Shown piece by piece: positions 25,493 to 38,100 of a stretch of 64,000 nucleotides of DNA (positions within the stretch are counted from its first letter, which is position 1; each line of letters opens with the position of its first letter). This DNA comes from Haliotis rufescens (lineage: Eukaryota), in contig NW_025963891.1 in NCBI RefSeq assembly GCF_023055435.1, positions 9,858,001 to 9,922,000 on the forward strand, given 5' to 3'. The position numbers were made by a program, and so were the translations under genes. The notes beneath the pieces were generated by a model. It saw only the letters and a program-made list of their open reading frames with translations. It did not search any database and was not told where the DNA came from.

Positions 25493-28032
25493 TGAACTGG
25501 ACAGATTTCCACGAGGTGAAGCCTTGTGGGAGGCTGTTGATGGGCACAGAAACAAATGGAACTTTCCGAACTGCGCAAGAGCAATTGATGCTACACATGT
25601 TCCCATTATTGCTCCGAACTATTGCCATGCTGATTTTGTGAACAGAAAAGGATGGTACTCCATCATTATGCAGGCTGTGTGTGATGTTTGCCAAATCTAC
25701 TTTGAAGACTATGGTCGACAATGGAAGCCTCCTGCCAACGTCACCTGAGAGGGTAACATCTGCTGGGCTTGACAATGCTCTTGTGGACATGCCGTTAGTT
25801 CTCACTGGTGACCCAGCTTACCCATTGTCCTCCTGGCTCCTGAAACCATTCACCAATAGAGGACAGCTCACAGCAGAACAGTTGTACTTCAACTACCTAA
25901 GCAGTGGCCGTATGACGATTGAGAATACATTCGGACGGTTCAAAGGTAGATGGAGGCGTTTCCTCAAGAGGGTTGACGTTGATGTCAATTTCGTATCAAC
26001 TCTTGTGGCTGCAGCTGTCGCACTACACAACCTGTGTGAAAACAAGGATCAGCCCTACCTTCCAGACTGGCACGCTGCAGTCCAAGATGCACATACATCC
26101 CAATCAGGAACCACAGACAACGTAGGGATCATACATGCACCTGGCACCGACATCAAAGATGCATTGACCCTTCAGTTTTGCAAGGATCGCATTTGAAGAA
26201 CATAAACAACACGTGGACAATTAGTTTGACATTTAATCTGAAATTACATGATTGCAAATAAAAAAAATCTTATCTTCGCAAATATACCATCTGTTTTAAA
26301 CATACGATGGGAAACAAACATCAGAAACCAATACTATCTGATACGTCGTGCAATATGACAATTATAGTATAACAGTTATGCATGAGTGTGACGTTAACTT
26401 AGATAATATAGAAATACTCTCATGTTTACATGTTACATACATGTGTACATGCATCGCATTGTGACAAAATACTATTTGTATCAACATAACACTGCTTAAA
26501 ATGATAACACATACACTACTAAATAAATAGTAAAAGGGCACCATTTCCACAGACAACTTATGTGTTTCAATACCAAATGATCATGATAAGTAACAAAACG
26601 AAGAGTCTTTTGGGGCAACAGGCAATGCAGTAGTCATGTACAGTTTACATGTTCAAGTAAGTACGTCCATCACTGCTCACAGTGTGATGACCCGTGAAGA
26701 TCCGGGTTAGAATAACCCATGCTTGCCGTAAAAGGCGACTATGCTTGTCGTAAGAGGCGACTAACGGGATCGGGTGGACAGGCTCGCTGACTTGGTTGAT
26801 GCATGTCATCATATCCCAATTGCATGGATAGATGCTCATGATGTCAATCACTGGATTGTCTGGTCCAGACTCGATTATTTACAGACCGCCGTAATATAGT
26901 TGGAATATTGCTGAGTGCGGCGTTAAACAACAAGCCAACCAACCAACCATCATAGTGTGATAATGGCGACTGGGAGACGAGTTTTTGTCCTCCACTGAGT
27001 CGTCTATGTTTCTTCTTGGAGTCGTCTGGATACCCTGTTGACTGTGTGACATTTTTTAGTTCAAAATCGCGTTTAGAGGCCTCGTCATCAAGTTTCTTCA
27101 TTTCATATTCCCGTCGAGCCTTTTCAAGATCGATATGGTTGCTTTCGATCATTTCGTTTGATTTGGTGAATTTGTCCATCACAGTATTTAGTGTGAGCTC
27201 AAGACGATTTTTTCTCTCCTTTCCCTTTAGCTTTGTTTTCCCAGATGCAGCATATTTGCCTTTACAAACAGTTGCTTCTGTCTGACTTGCAGTATCGGAA
27301 TCACTAACTTCACCATCTGCAATCACATTGGAATGTTTGATGGCACTACCACATGGCTGGACCTCAACTTCAGAATCATTGTCGTTTTCAAAATCAGACA
27401 AATCCTGCTCAGATACCATACTCTGTACGACCTTGGTTGGCGAAGTTGATGGCCTGTCTTCAAGAATCCCATTCAGGTCCGTCAAGTTTCTACACAGAGT
27501 CTGTGATTGTCCACTGGTTTTCAGTTTGTCTCCGTTCTTTGCACTGGCTTGGTGTTTTGACAAAAACCCTGTCCTTCATGACTGTGGTCACCTTCGCGTA
27601 AACGACTGTATCTGTAGCACTTGCACCGTCATGCTGGGCTTGTATATGTAATTCCAGCCACATGTCTGGCATACACTTGGTCTCCTCTTCAGACCATGCA
27701 TTACCTCGAGCACGTTTAGCTTTCGGCGGCATTTTTCAATCTAGCAGGAGAATGTTGTTGGTTTTGACTTCTAAAACTCCTCTTAAATATTGCATAATAT
27801 CTATTTATACATTTTCAAGAAATTCCCTGTGAGCAGGTCCATTGTAAATATATAGGGGTGTTGCAAGACAGTGAGGCAAATGTCTGGTGGGGCAAATGTC
27901 GGAATGCGTTTATATGCATATAATACCCCCTTAGGGTAAATGCGTTTACACGCCCAAATATACCCCAAGGGGCAGATATACCCACGAGGGTAAAAGTACC
28001 CCAGGGGTAAATGGATGCATATAAACAGGGCT
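25493..28032. mobile_element. PIF/Harbinger transposon relic: DDE nuclease (+, ~25493-26196) converging on a Myb/SANT-like gene (-, 27732-~27000)
   Basis: Nuclease motifs FPNCARAIDATHVPI, NRKGWYSIIMQAVCD, GDPAYPL, RMTIENTFGRFKGRWR (frameshifted). Partner gene WSEEETKC..W...VYAKV..M......KTPSQCKER. Right end ...ATATAAACAGGGCT followed by TAA, with subterminal TACCCC/GGGGTA repeats. No left end found. Confidence 0.85.
26689..26949 (+). mobile_element. Short retroposon family 3 (Nin-domain-like), inserted in the Harbinger
   Basis: Contains the TGTCGTAAGAGGCGACTAA hairpin, shares its 3' end with the other SINEs, (AACC)n tail; TSD TCA(C/T)AGTGTGAT at 26677-26688 and 26950-26961. Fragments at ~5140-5560, 7295-7470, 23340-23535 (-) and in intron 7 of the saposin copies. 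Confidence 0.7.
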
Positions 28033-30132
28033 TAAGATATGTGTTCGTTCTTTAGGGTATACTGAAATCATCATGCTGGTGCACTTGTGTCGCTGTCATT
28101 GAATTATAATACTTTGATGGTGAGTGACTAACTTGGCCAGTATTTCTAACAATGATCGAAGTACTGATAAGTATATGATGACAAAACCGTTGCAACCGCA
28201 ATCTCATTTAAACCATATCTCGAGTATCCAGTCATTTATTACCAATAGGGTTAGAAATAAACGAGTTCATTAAAACCGTGGACCCGTGAAGATCCAGGCG
28301 ACTAACGGGATCCGGTGGTCAGGCTTGCTGACTTGGTTGATGCATGTCAAATATCCCTTCTCGCGCACCAGTGTATAGTTTCCGTCATACGGACGACATT
28401 GTTGACGAATCTTTGTATGACGTAAGATCGGAATGGCGTCACACTAGAAACGACGTCATAGCTAAAAATTGTTGACGTCATTCCACAAATTTTGTGGTGA
28501 TCAGTGCATTTTTCTAAAGAGGAGCTGAAAAGGATAAGGAAATAATGGGTAATAAAGAAATAATGACACTCACATGTGTGTCATACTGATTTCTCGCGGG
28601 AAATACAAAATATCTGACACTCATTTCGTAAACTCAGCTTGACACACATGCTCGTATGTAAATGTCCACGTATATTCACTATATTTCGTAAAGAACTTTG
28701 CTTCGAGGAGAAGTGTGTTAGTTTGTTGTTTAATGTCGAACTGGATATAATCGAGTTCGGACCAGACAATCCAATAATTGGTGTTGTGAGCAAGGATCGG
28801 TGTACGATGACCCTCAATCAACCAATGTCACTGAGCCTGAAGACCTTGCCGGTAAGTCGCCTTGAGCAACATATAGCCCAGTCGTCTAAGGCGCTGCTAT
28901 TCGCTGTGCAGAGCTGCGTCCCCTTGGCACGCCAGAAACGTATGATTGTGGGTTCGGGTCCCAGTTCGCGCCGATTATGTTTCTAGGTTTATCGGCACCA
29001 TACCTGTGGTCATGGATTTCGACAAAGTAGTTAACATCTCAGAACTTTGGGCTTTCCTCCCACATTAAGGTAACACGACGTGATATAACTGGAGTACTGT
29101 TTAAAGAGGCGTTAACCCAAACACACCCATCCTATCCTCAAAATCGAAATATAATAGAAATTCATGTTCAAGTAGTTTCATTTGATCATCAGCTGACTAA
29201 CTTGGACCAATTTATATAAATCGATCTTTGCATTCTTAACTGTCGAGAGTCTATGTTGTGTATGGTGTGAAAACAGGCGTTGCACGAGAATTCCCTTGCT
29301 AAATAATTGTCACGTACCTATAATATGACACAGGTTCTTGCAAAGTTCCACACATGGTCTCCATATCGCACATAAACCGGCTAAGCAACAACAGTACTCT
29401 GGTTAAATGAAAAGTTTTATTGACCATGGTTTACATGTGACGTTGTCCGTGGGCGATGAAGGATCGAGAGGCAGCATAGTCAGCATCTGCAATGCCGAAA
29501 GTTCAAGATGAAGTTAACCGTGTCTTGTTTAATAATGTTATTACAGTCGATTGATTGCGTGTCATCGTACCCCGACGGCGTGGATCGTTTCTTACAATAT
29601 GGATCTCTGGCTTGTCTGGACCAGACTCGATTTTTGACAGGCTGTCATAAAGTTGGAGTATTGCTGATTGCAGCGTTACAGTAAATAAACAACCATTCAA
29701 TATAGTTCCAACATTAAAACGTTTCTCAGACAGTGGTGTAACTGCCACATAGGCAGAAGTAGAACCTCCCTGTTGTAGTGGATAGAGCATCTGCCCGGGG
29801 AGCGGCAGGTCGTTTTGTTCGATCCCCGGCCGTGACATTCCAAAAAGACCTTAAAATATGGTACTTGTTGAAGGGGATAAAACAAGCACTGGCCGGCTCG
29901 GTGTCTGAGTATAATGTGTCTGAGTGAATTTCCATTGCGAAACGGCGACATAGTATCTCAGTGAGCTGGCAGTCTGGCACTTTAACGTCCGGATCAGTAC
30001 AAGGTAGGTGCCACATACACGTGCATGTATATCGCTATAAAACTGCAATAATCTTGAAAGCGATGTTAAAACTCATTTTGCCTCACCTCACCTCAACCCG
30101 CCCATATCATGTTTAAAAAACTCACCTTACAA

Positions 30133-33100
30133 CTAGTTGGCACCACACATACCAAGCCGATTGCATGACTTCTTAACATCCTGTAATAAGAACATGTTCC
30201 ACTCTTTTACATATGTTTAATTAAATAAACCTCAGTCTTTTATCTCTAACTAGCCAGTTATTTATACATATTGATAATTGTCCTTATTTGGTATATCTAT
30301 GGCTGTAAAGTGTAAGTTTATACATGTATTAAAACAATGAACATCTCATTCATACATCCAACATTTACTTACTACCAAATCTAGTAGCTCGATTTCCAAT
30401 CCAGTTGCTGCATCTAGAAAGTCAGCACACTGAAACAGAGTACACAGAATGCTCAAAAATAATTAAATGAATTTAAAAGTATAAACATACACACATTTAA
30501 GATGATATAAAAAAATATATATGATGACTCATAATGAAATTAACTGTAAGATATGAGAGACGACTAACGGGATCAGATGGTCAGGGTGAANNNNNNNNNN
30601 NNNNNNNNNNNNNNNNNNNNNNNNNNNNNNNNNNNNNNNNNNNNNNNNNNNNNNNNNNNNNNNNNNNNNNNNNNNNNNNNNNNNNNNNNNNNNNNNNNNN
30701 NNNNNNNNNNNNNNNNNNNNNNNNNNNNNNNNNNNNNNNNNNNNNNNNNNNNNNNNNNNNNNNNNNNNNNNNNNNNNNNNNNNNNNNNNNGAATTAAATG
30801 AATTGTCTGGTCCAGACATTATTCATTACAGACTGACGTAAAAAAGCTAGCCAATTGCGAAGTGATGTGCTTATTAACAAACAAAAAATATAAAATAAGA
30901 AAAGAACTACTGAATTTATATCAAAAACAGAAGACTGAAAAAATGTTTGTATAACTTTATACACACCTGTTCATGGCGGTCTTCGCTGAGCTTTTCACAG
31001 AACATGGTTTCGATCAGTTTATTCACAGAGATCGGTAAAGAAAAGTTTTTAACTACATGTAGTCATTTTTTTATGATTGCATTACATCAACGTGTAAGAT
31101 TTGTTATTTAACTTAAAACAAGATGGTACATGTTTTATGTATTTTGGGAAATAATGCAAATGTGCCAGACCAACATAGGAGTGATAAACCTTCTCAATAT
31201 TTGTCACTCACAACATTGTCCATTTCCTTTTCTTTGACGTCTTTGAGAAAGTTCTTGCAGTCCTTGCATCGCCCTTTCCCTTGAACCTACGGAAACATGA
31301 AATGACAAAGTTTTTAGACTTTCGTTTGTAACAAATGTAACAATAATATTGTAGCACAATAAGTGTGACGAATGGAGACCTCCCCTTTCTAACCCAGTAC
31401 ATTGTACAAATCATGTACACGTTAAGGCATTCATTTGATTGTGTGTAAGCTTGATGAGTTGTGCTCACTAAACCTGTTGACTAGTGGACTAGTACTAGGT
31501 ATTAATCTTGCCTCGTTTGTGGGTGTGTTCATGTTGACGGTATCAAGCGACGGACAGAACTTGGTGGCTTTACAGATGGCTTCAGGGGTCTGTGAAGGTG
31601 AACACAATTGCATGATATGTTGTAAAACCCAATCCTTTTGCTTACTCTCAGTTTACAATAATAATTATAGAGTTAAAGGGAAAAACATAGTTCAATTCTC
31701 AGCGTTTTGTGTAAATGGAGTTTTCCCTCTCTTTCCCCGGGTATCTAAATTCCATCTGATTGGTACATTCCTGAATTTTTTGCATCAATCACCTTTTTCA
31801 TGATGTCAGTATATGCAAATGTAAGCTGACGCAATCTTGTGCTTCATGATAAGTCCATTGATTGGAGCAGGATTTTTGATGATGTAAACGTTAACAGTTA
31901 CCTGACTGTTGACTTTGTCCTTCTTCTTCTGGCATATTTTCTGCACTTTTGTCTTACACTGCAAATACGCGTTTTCACAATGTGAGCCTCCATAATACCA
32001 GATTATCTATGATCACGGCGTTAAGATTTTATAGGTAACAATTTACAATGTTCCTTTTTAATTGCCTACCTTGTTTATATCACATCCGATATTATGTATG
32101 CATTCTAAACAAGAATATACAGGCAGCTCTGGAACGCTTTTCATCATGGTGATGAACAATGATAATTGTTTGCAAAAGATAATCAAAATTATTACCTCAA
32201 TTATCGGATGTGTGATATATTTAATACATTCCTCTTTGCAATGAAATGTCTGATCTTGTTGCTCATAAAATCCGTTTGTCTACTATTGAGAACTATTATT
32301 TGTCTCACCTCTTCCACCTTGCTGGGTTCCATTGTGGAACAGATAATGTTCATTTTTGCTTCCTTATCATCCTGAAAGAAAAGTATAAAAACTCAATACA
32401 TTAAAGCTGGAGAAGAGAAAGAAGCAGTGTATTTGTGACATTTAACATTCATAATATCATGGATAGGCTTCTTTTAAAATATAGAGACATATGTAGTAAT
32501 AGATTAATTTGTGGTAGATAAAAAACTGATTAATATATGGACATATCTTCAGTAATAGATTCATTTATGGTCGATAGTACATTACTCAGTACATTATTCC
32601 TCTAAGAACTTGACAGTTGCCATATTATTTCCAAAATGAACACTTGGTTGACAACAAATCCCATTTTGATGTATTATATTGAGGATTAGTGTATAAACCA
32701 TTAGTGTGTAATCAATAGGATAATGTTCTACACATGTACGTATATATAAGTGTGGACATTTAGAAATAACTCCATCTTTACGAACTATAATGGGATATAG
32801 TCGGTATTATTTACGTACAATCGATTCGAGATCCATCTCCTGGCGATCAGTAATGAAAGCGATGCAATCAGCGCACACATCATTTCCATCCTGTATCGAC
32901 ATGGCCATAGCTGAAAACATGTAAACATAAAACGGCAACGCGTCAACTGAAAATGATTAATGTAAATATGTTTAGATTCTAACACATGACAAACGCATCC
33001 TTACAAGTCTAGCTATCTTCACACATCATATTGCGGCGCCTTAGTCACGTACCATCGTATCTACTGAGAAGTGGATAGTAAAATATCATGGCCACACTCA

Positions 33101-33147
33101 CCCTGGCCTGCTGCAACAGCAACTACAAATGCGAAAAAGGTCTTCAT
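30133..33147 (-). CDS. Copy D: two-domain saposin-like gene with all 9 exons but a mutated exon 7 acceptor (exon-skipping variant or young pseudogene)
   Basis: Exons (5'->3') 33147-33102, 32910-32819, 32371-32309, 31958-31902, 31589-31512, 31286-31212, 31032-30967, 30429-30373, 30180-30133. Frames open; TATA at 33199-33206. The acceptor before exon 7 reads TTTACCG, against TTACAG in the other copies. The N gap falls in intron 7. Confidence 0.75.
30591..30790. other. Assembly gap (200 N) inside intron 7 of copy D
   Basis: Run of N. Confidence 1.
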
Positions 33148-34399
33148 TGTACTTGCGGCTGTGAAATTCAACTGTTGAAATGTGTTTAAATGTAAAGCTT
33201 TATATATGTTCCAATCCTTCATAGTTGATGACAAAGTCAATCACAGCGCACAGTGGGATGACTCTAATTAATATCAAACTGATTCAATTGGATGACTCAG
33301 ACAGAAAGATATCCTGTCCTTAACAAAATATTCTCTGTTTGATACCTTCACATGTTGAGACAATAATGATGGCCTTCTTAATAAAAAAAACTATTTGTGA
33401 CATCTGTCTCGATTCGATTCTTTCCCACCTACTGTTGACCATGGTGATACTCACTAAATGATTTGTAACTAGTCTACGGTTGATCAAATTTGTTTTGAAA
33501 TTACATGATGACTGAAATATGTCAATTACCAGACTTTGCACCTCTTCCGTATTCTTCTTAAGAATTTTTCAAGAGATGTAAACTTCCGAGTAAAAGAATG
33601 TTTACACACATTTCTTATGGTGACTTAAATGAAATAAACAAGAAATGTATTCTTCGGCGTTTTCTTTCCTTTGCCCCGGAGATTATGTCTATACACGAAT
33701 ACGACGATACGGGCGCTATCGTCTAAGGTACCGTAATTCCCAGTCGAGAATTACACCCCTTAGGGGTGCCAGCATCGTATCATCATGGGTTCGAACGTTT
33801 TGATTTTAGTCATTTTTGTCTTTTATCTTGCACCTAACGAAAACTATGGAGTAATTATACTAATGCAATATACATGATATTATATTTTGTGCTTATTGAA
33901 GCACACTGCAACTCGAAAGCATGCTCTGGTTTATTAAGCCGAGAACTCATTTTGTGGTGAACCTTAAATTTTATGGTAAATAACGAGACACGAGTTGATC
34001 TGATTTCTAATGTTATGTGAAACGCGATTCATTGATTTATCGAATGAGTTTGAATCGTTCATTTCACAAATTTACGTTCCAGTTACACAACCGATTAATT
34101 AGCACATGAGTTGGTTTTTAGTCCCATGGCCTTATCAATTCAGTTTCATGTAATCGTGCTATCATTTGTGTTTTAATTATTTGCGCATACACATGGCAAT
34201 ATTCTGATTTAACTCAGTTAATCATGATAGGTACTGTATTTTTTATTGATGAAGTTTTATTTTATTTTATTTTTTCCCAAGCAAAACATGTTTTTCTTTT
34301 TTTTCCCACCATATTTTACATTTCAATATCATACACAGAGGGTGCATGGATTTATCATTTTTGGCATGTTTGTAGCATGGACAGATCAGATATCATAGT

Positions 34400-35175
34400 T
34401 ATACAGAGTATCTAAATATTACATGTAGAGATTACCAGAAGGCATAACTTGCCTAATTACAATTTGAATATGCAATACATTTTGTAATTTCATAATATCG
34501 TCGTATTTCTTTTTGAATAAGTAATAAGATTGGTTTGACTTTTTTTCTATTACATGTGTACAGCATAGCTTTTGTTACCATATTCACTGCATTGAGTGAA
34601 TTGTTATAATTCTCTTTAAATCCATTATGTGTTCATTACTAAAATTAACTCTGCCTTCTGTATAGTTTCCAAGCCAATCTGAAAGTTTCGTCCACATATC
34701 AGCAGCATAGTGACAATTACATAATACATGAGTAATTGTTTCAAATGGTTTATTACATAATGAACAAACTGTCAATTCAACATATCCAATTTTAAATAAA
34801 TAATAAATAACAGTTAGTACTTAAAATATTATGTATAACTTTAAACTGAAACCGTCTTAATACAGAACTTTGTGTTCATCTTTTTGCCATAAGGTTAAAG
34901 TTTGTCCACTCTGTATCATAAAACTGTTTTTCAAGAAAATCTTCCCATTTACTGTAACACTTATGTTTTATAAATTTAGGGTTTAATAGGGCTTCATAAA
35001 ATACCTTGCTTCCCTTTTTATTTTTTTTTATATATTATATGGCAGTACTGGTCTTTGGCAAACTTTAGCACAATGTATTATATTTTCATTCTGTAAATAC
35101 CAGTCTTTTGATAGTTTTACTCCTTGATAGGTCAAAAAGTCTGTCTTCAAACTGTATTTTTGTACAAAGTCTGTT
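34400..35175 (-). mobile_element. LINE (Tx1/L1-like) 3' ORF2 fragment with zf-RVT
   Basis: Translates FQFKVIHNIL ... CSLCNKPFETITHVLCNC...W, a CCHC zinc knuckle downstream of RT; degraded. Confidence 0.7.
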
Positions 35176-35629
35176 ATATATATGTGTTTCTGATGTGTCT
35201 TGGTACAAACGTTGTGATTACATGGATATACGGATTACCCAAGATTGAATAGAGAAATTAATAGCTGCCAAGTTTGACATAACAACTCTTAACATTGTAG
35301 GTTATCACCGGTACTGCTGTCTACCCCCTCAACATGGAGAGACAGATGTGCCTACATGTTCTTAGATCCAAAAGAAAACACAGGATAACAGTTTTTAAGG
35401 CGATCAATGCATGTGCTTCCTCAGGAGAGTATCATCAAAATACTTTTTGTTGCAAAGATATAATTCGTCTATCCTTTATGGGGAGAAAGCTCATGTCAAA
35501 CCACTTAGCTTTAGGTATGACCATATGACCTTACAGGTTCTGCAACATTACAGCAGCTATTCAACTCGTTTGGACACTGCGTTTCCCAGTCGGTGACTCT
35601 TGATACGGCCTTGGCAACAAAATAATTAT

Positions 35630-36715
35630 GGATCAATCTCTTGACCTGTCTAAGTTCTCGAGAGAGAGTACCGACAATTCTGTCAGATTGGCTGTTGAGG
35701 AACCAGTAGGGAGCTGTAAGTTACGTTTCGTGGGGAGACCCAGAACTATCATTTAAAGGACAGCGTTTCGATTTTTCCATCAAACTGTTCTTGCAAATTC
35801 ATATCGAAAGCATGTTTTAAGTGTGGTACATGAAACACCTTTTGGCGGGCCATTTGGGTGCAAACAAAACTTGTGACAAAATCTTGTCCCATTTCTTTTG
35901 GCCCAATTTACGGTATGATGTGGCTGAATTTTGCAAAACATGTCATGTGTCTCAAATGGTTGGCAAACCTTATCAGAAAGTCCCAGCCGCACCTCTGAAA
36001 CCAAATCCAGCTTTTGAAGAACCTTTTTAGAGAACTCTACAGAATATGACAAAAGACTGAGAAAGATTGGGGTGAAGGCATTGATGTGTTGTTGTTTGCT
36101 GTGGGTCAGTTCAGGGGTCCCTAGGTTTTAGTCCTTTTGACTTGTCTTAGGCCATACTGTTCGTGGACCTTTAAAAGAACTTTGGCTTAATCATTTCGGG
36201 CCAGTTAACAGGGATAACTCAGAAATCCCAAGACAAAATGAAAGTACAATATGACAAAAAGTCTCAAGAGAGAAATTACAGTTCTGGTGATAGAATCTTA
36301 GTGTGTTTGCCAATCCCTGGTCAACCATTACGTACTAGGTTCCACTCCTATGTTATTTACAGAAAAGTCAGTGATACAGACAATGTACAAACACCAGGCT
36401 GTCGTAAAACGACACAGCTTTGCCTTGTTAGCATGATTTGAAAGTATCATGAAGAATGACAATGTACCTTCTCAGTGTCTTGCCACTGTTTCTCCTGTGG
36501 ATAATGTATTAGATTGTGATACTGATGAGAAAGCTAAACAACAAGTATTTGCTTACTTGGATGCTAAGTTAAGTCATTTGTCATCTGAGCTAAAGGCTCA
36601 TGTGTCAGGGTTAATTCAAGAGTTTGCTCACTTGTTCACGGATGTACCTGGCCGTAAAGATGTAGGTGACGCTGTGCCTGTGAAACAGCATGCCTACCGG
36701 GAAATCCAAAAATGA
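35630..36715 (+). mobile_element. Gypsy LTR retrotransposon pol fragment, Gmr1-type (integrase before RT)
   Basis: Integrase HHCC (H...GHLGANKT...FFWP....V..FCKTCHVSQMVGKP), integrase tail MKVQYDKK...GDRILVCLP, then pre-RT linker EFAHLFTDVPG..DVGDAVPVKQHAYR. Confidence 0.8.
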
Positions 36716-36920
36716 TTTAAATTGAACTGTCATAAAACTTCAGAAACAATACAGAGCCCAACGTGTCAAACCAGAATATTGGCATGTGTGCACATATTTG
36801 GAATTAATTCAAACACAAATGATAGCAAGATTACATGATACTGAATGTTAATGGCATGGAACTAAAAACTCATGTGTTGATTAATCAGTACAATCTCCTT
36901 CGAAACATCAATATGACGCC

Positions 36921-37078
36921 GGGGCGGTCGGGTAGCCTAGTGGTTAAAGCGTTCGCTCGTCACACCGAAGACCCGGGTTCGATTCCCGACATTGGTACAA
37001 TGTGTGAAGCCCATTTCTGATGTCCCCCGCCATGATATTGCTGGAATATTGCTAAAAGCGGTGTTAAGCCATACTCAC
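36921..37078 (+). mobile_element. tRNA-derived SINE (family 1)
   Basis: TSD TCAATATGACG at 36908-36918 and 37079-37089; empty paralogous site at ~47259. Confidence 0.9.
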
Positions 37079-38041
37079 TCAATATGACGTGATTCACATA
37101 ACATTTGTTATCTGATCAACTCATTTCTCGTTATGTGCCAATCTACAATATAAAGTTCACTACCACAGTTCTCGGTAGAATCCATAAGGACAGCCTTTTG
37201 AGTTGCCGTGTGCTTAAATTATTTTGCTTGAAAAAATTCATGTATATTGCATTAGTATAATTACTACATATCAATTGTTAGGTTGATATGCCAGACAAAA
37301 GACAAAAATGTCCCAAATGATGGTTCAAAACCCATGACCATTGGATGCTGGGGTACGATTCATGACACCTTATCTCACACAATAATATATATTACAACAA
37401 CTGATAATCTTGAAGACACTGGGATCAAATAAACTGGCGGGCTAAAGAATGTACACACTTGAAAAAGGATTTTGAAAAAAAATTGAGAGAAAACGTTATT
37501 AGTTTAAAAACAGTCGCTGAAACACTGCACACTTAAGGACCAAATCACAACTACCATACCCCTATCAAATACATGACTATCGAATCATCATTTCTTGTTT
37601 GTTTCATTTTCAGACATCATTCAACATGTGTGTATACATTCTTTTACCCATCTTTTGACGAGGTGAAAGGGGTTATAGGAAATAAGTTTATGTTTATCAC
37701 CTGATGTTTCCTTAATAGCAATGTCAAGTAATTGACATATTTTAGTATACATGTAACTGCAAAACAAATTTAATCAACTGTCGACATATCAATTTATTTT
37801 AATGTGTATTACCATGGTCAACAGTAGGTGGCAAAGATGTCTACTCTAGACTAATGTCAAATACTGGTTATATTATTAAGAACGCCGCCATTTTCGTCTC
37901 AATATGTGTAGGTATCAAACAGAGAATATTCATTATGAATAGGATATTTTCTCCCGAGTCATCCAATAGAATCAGTTTGATAAGAGTAATCCCGCTGTGC
38001 GCTGTGATCGACAAACTCATCAACTATGAAGAATTGGAAAA

Positions 38042-38049
38042 TATATAAA
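38042..38049 (+). promoter_or_regulatory. TATA box of saposin-like copy E (also present in A, D, F, G)
   Basis: TATATAAA ~55-60 nt before the ATG in every copy that retains exon 1: A 9833-9840 (-), D 33199-33206 (-), F 48393-48400, G 58414-58421. Confidence 0.7.
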
Positions 38050-38100
38050 GCTTTACATTTAAACACATCACAACAGTTGAATTTCTCAGTTTCAAGGACA

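Larger units (their letters stand above)
18800..33000. repeat. Large inverted repeat: arm ~18800-23783 (copy C) versus arm ~28033-33000 (copy D), with a TE-filled spacer
   Basis: Downstream flank 22760-23783 is the reverse complement of 28033-28870 and is found only in these two copies. Confidence 0.85.

Noticed and set aside
25493-27732. Domesticated HARBI1/NAIF1-type host gene pair
   Set aside because: Both genes are frameshifted or truncated, with a transposon terminus attached and a SINE inserted.
30529-30819. ORFs spanning the N run
   Set aside because: Artefacts of the assembly gap.
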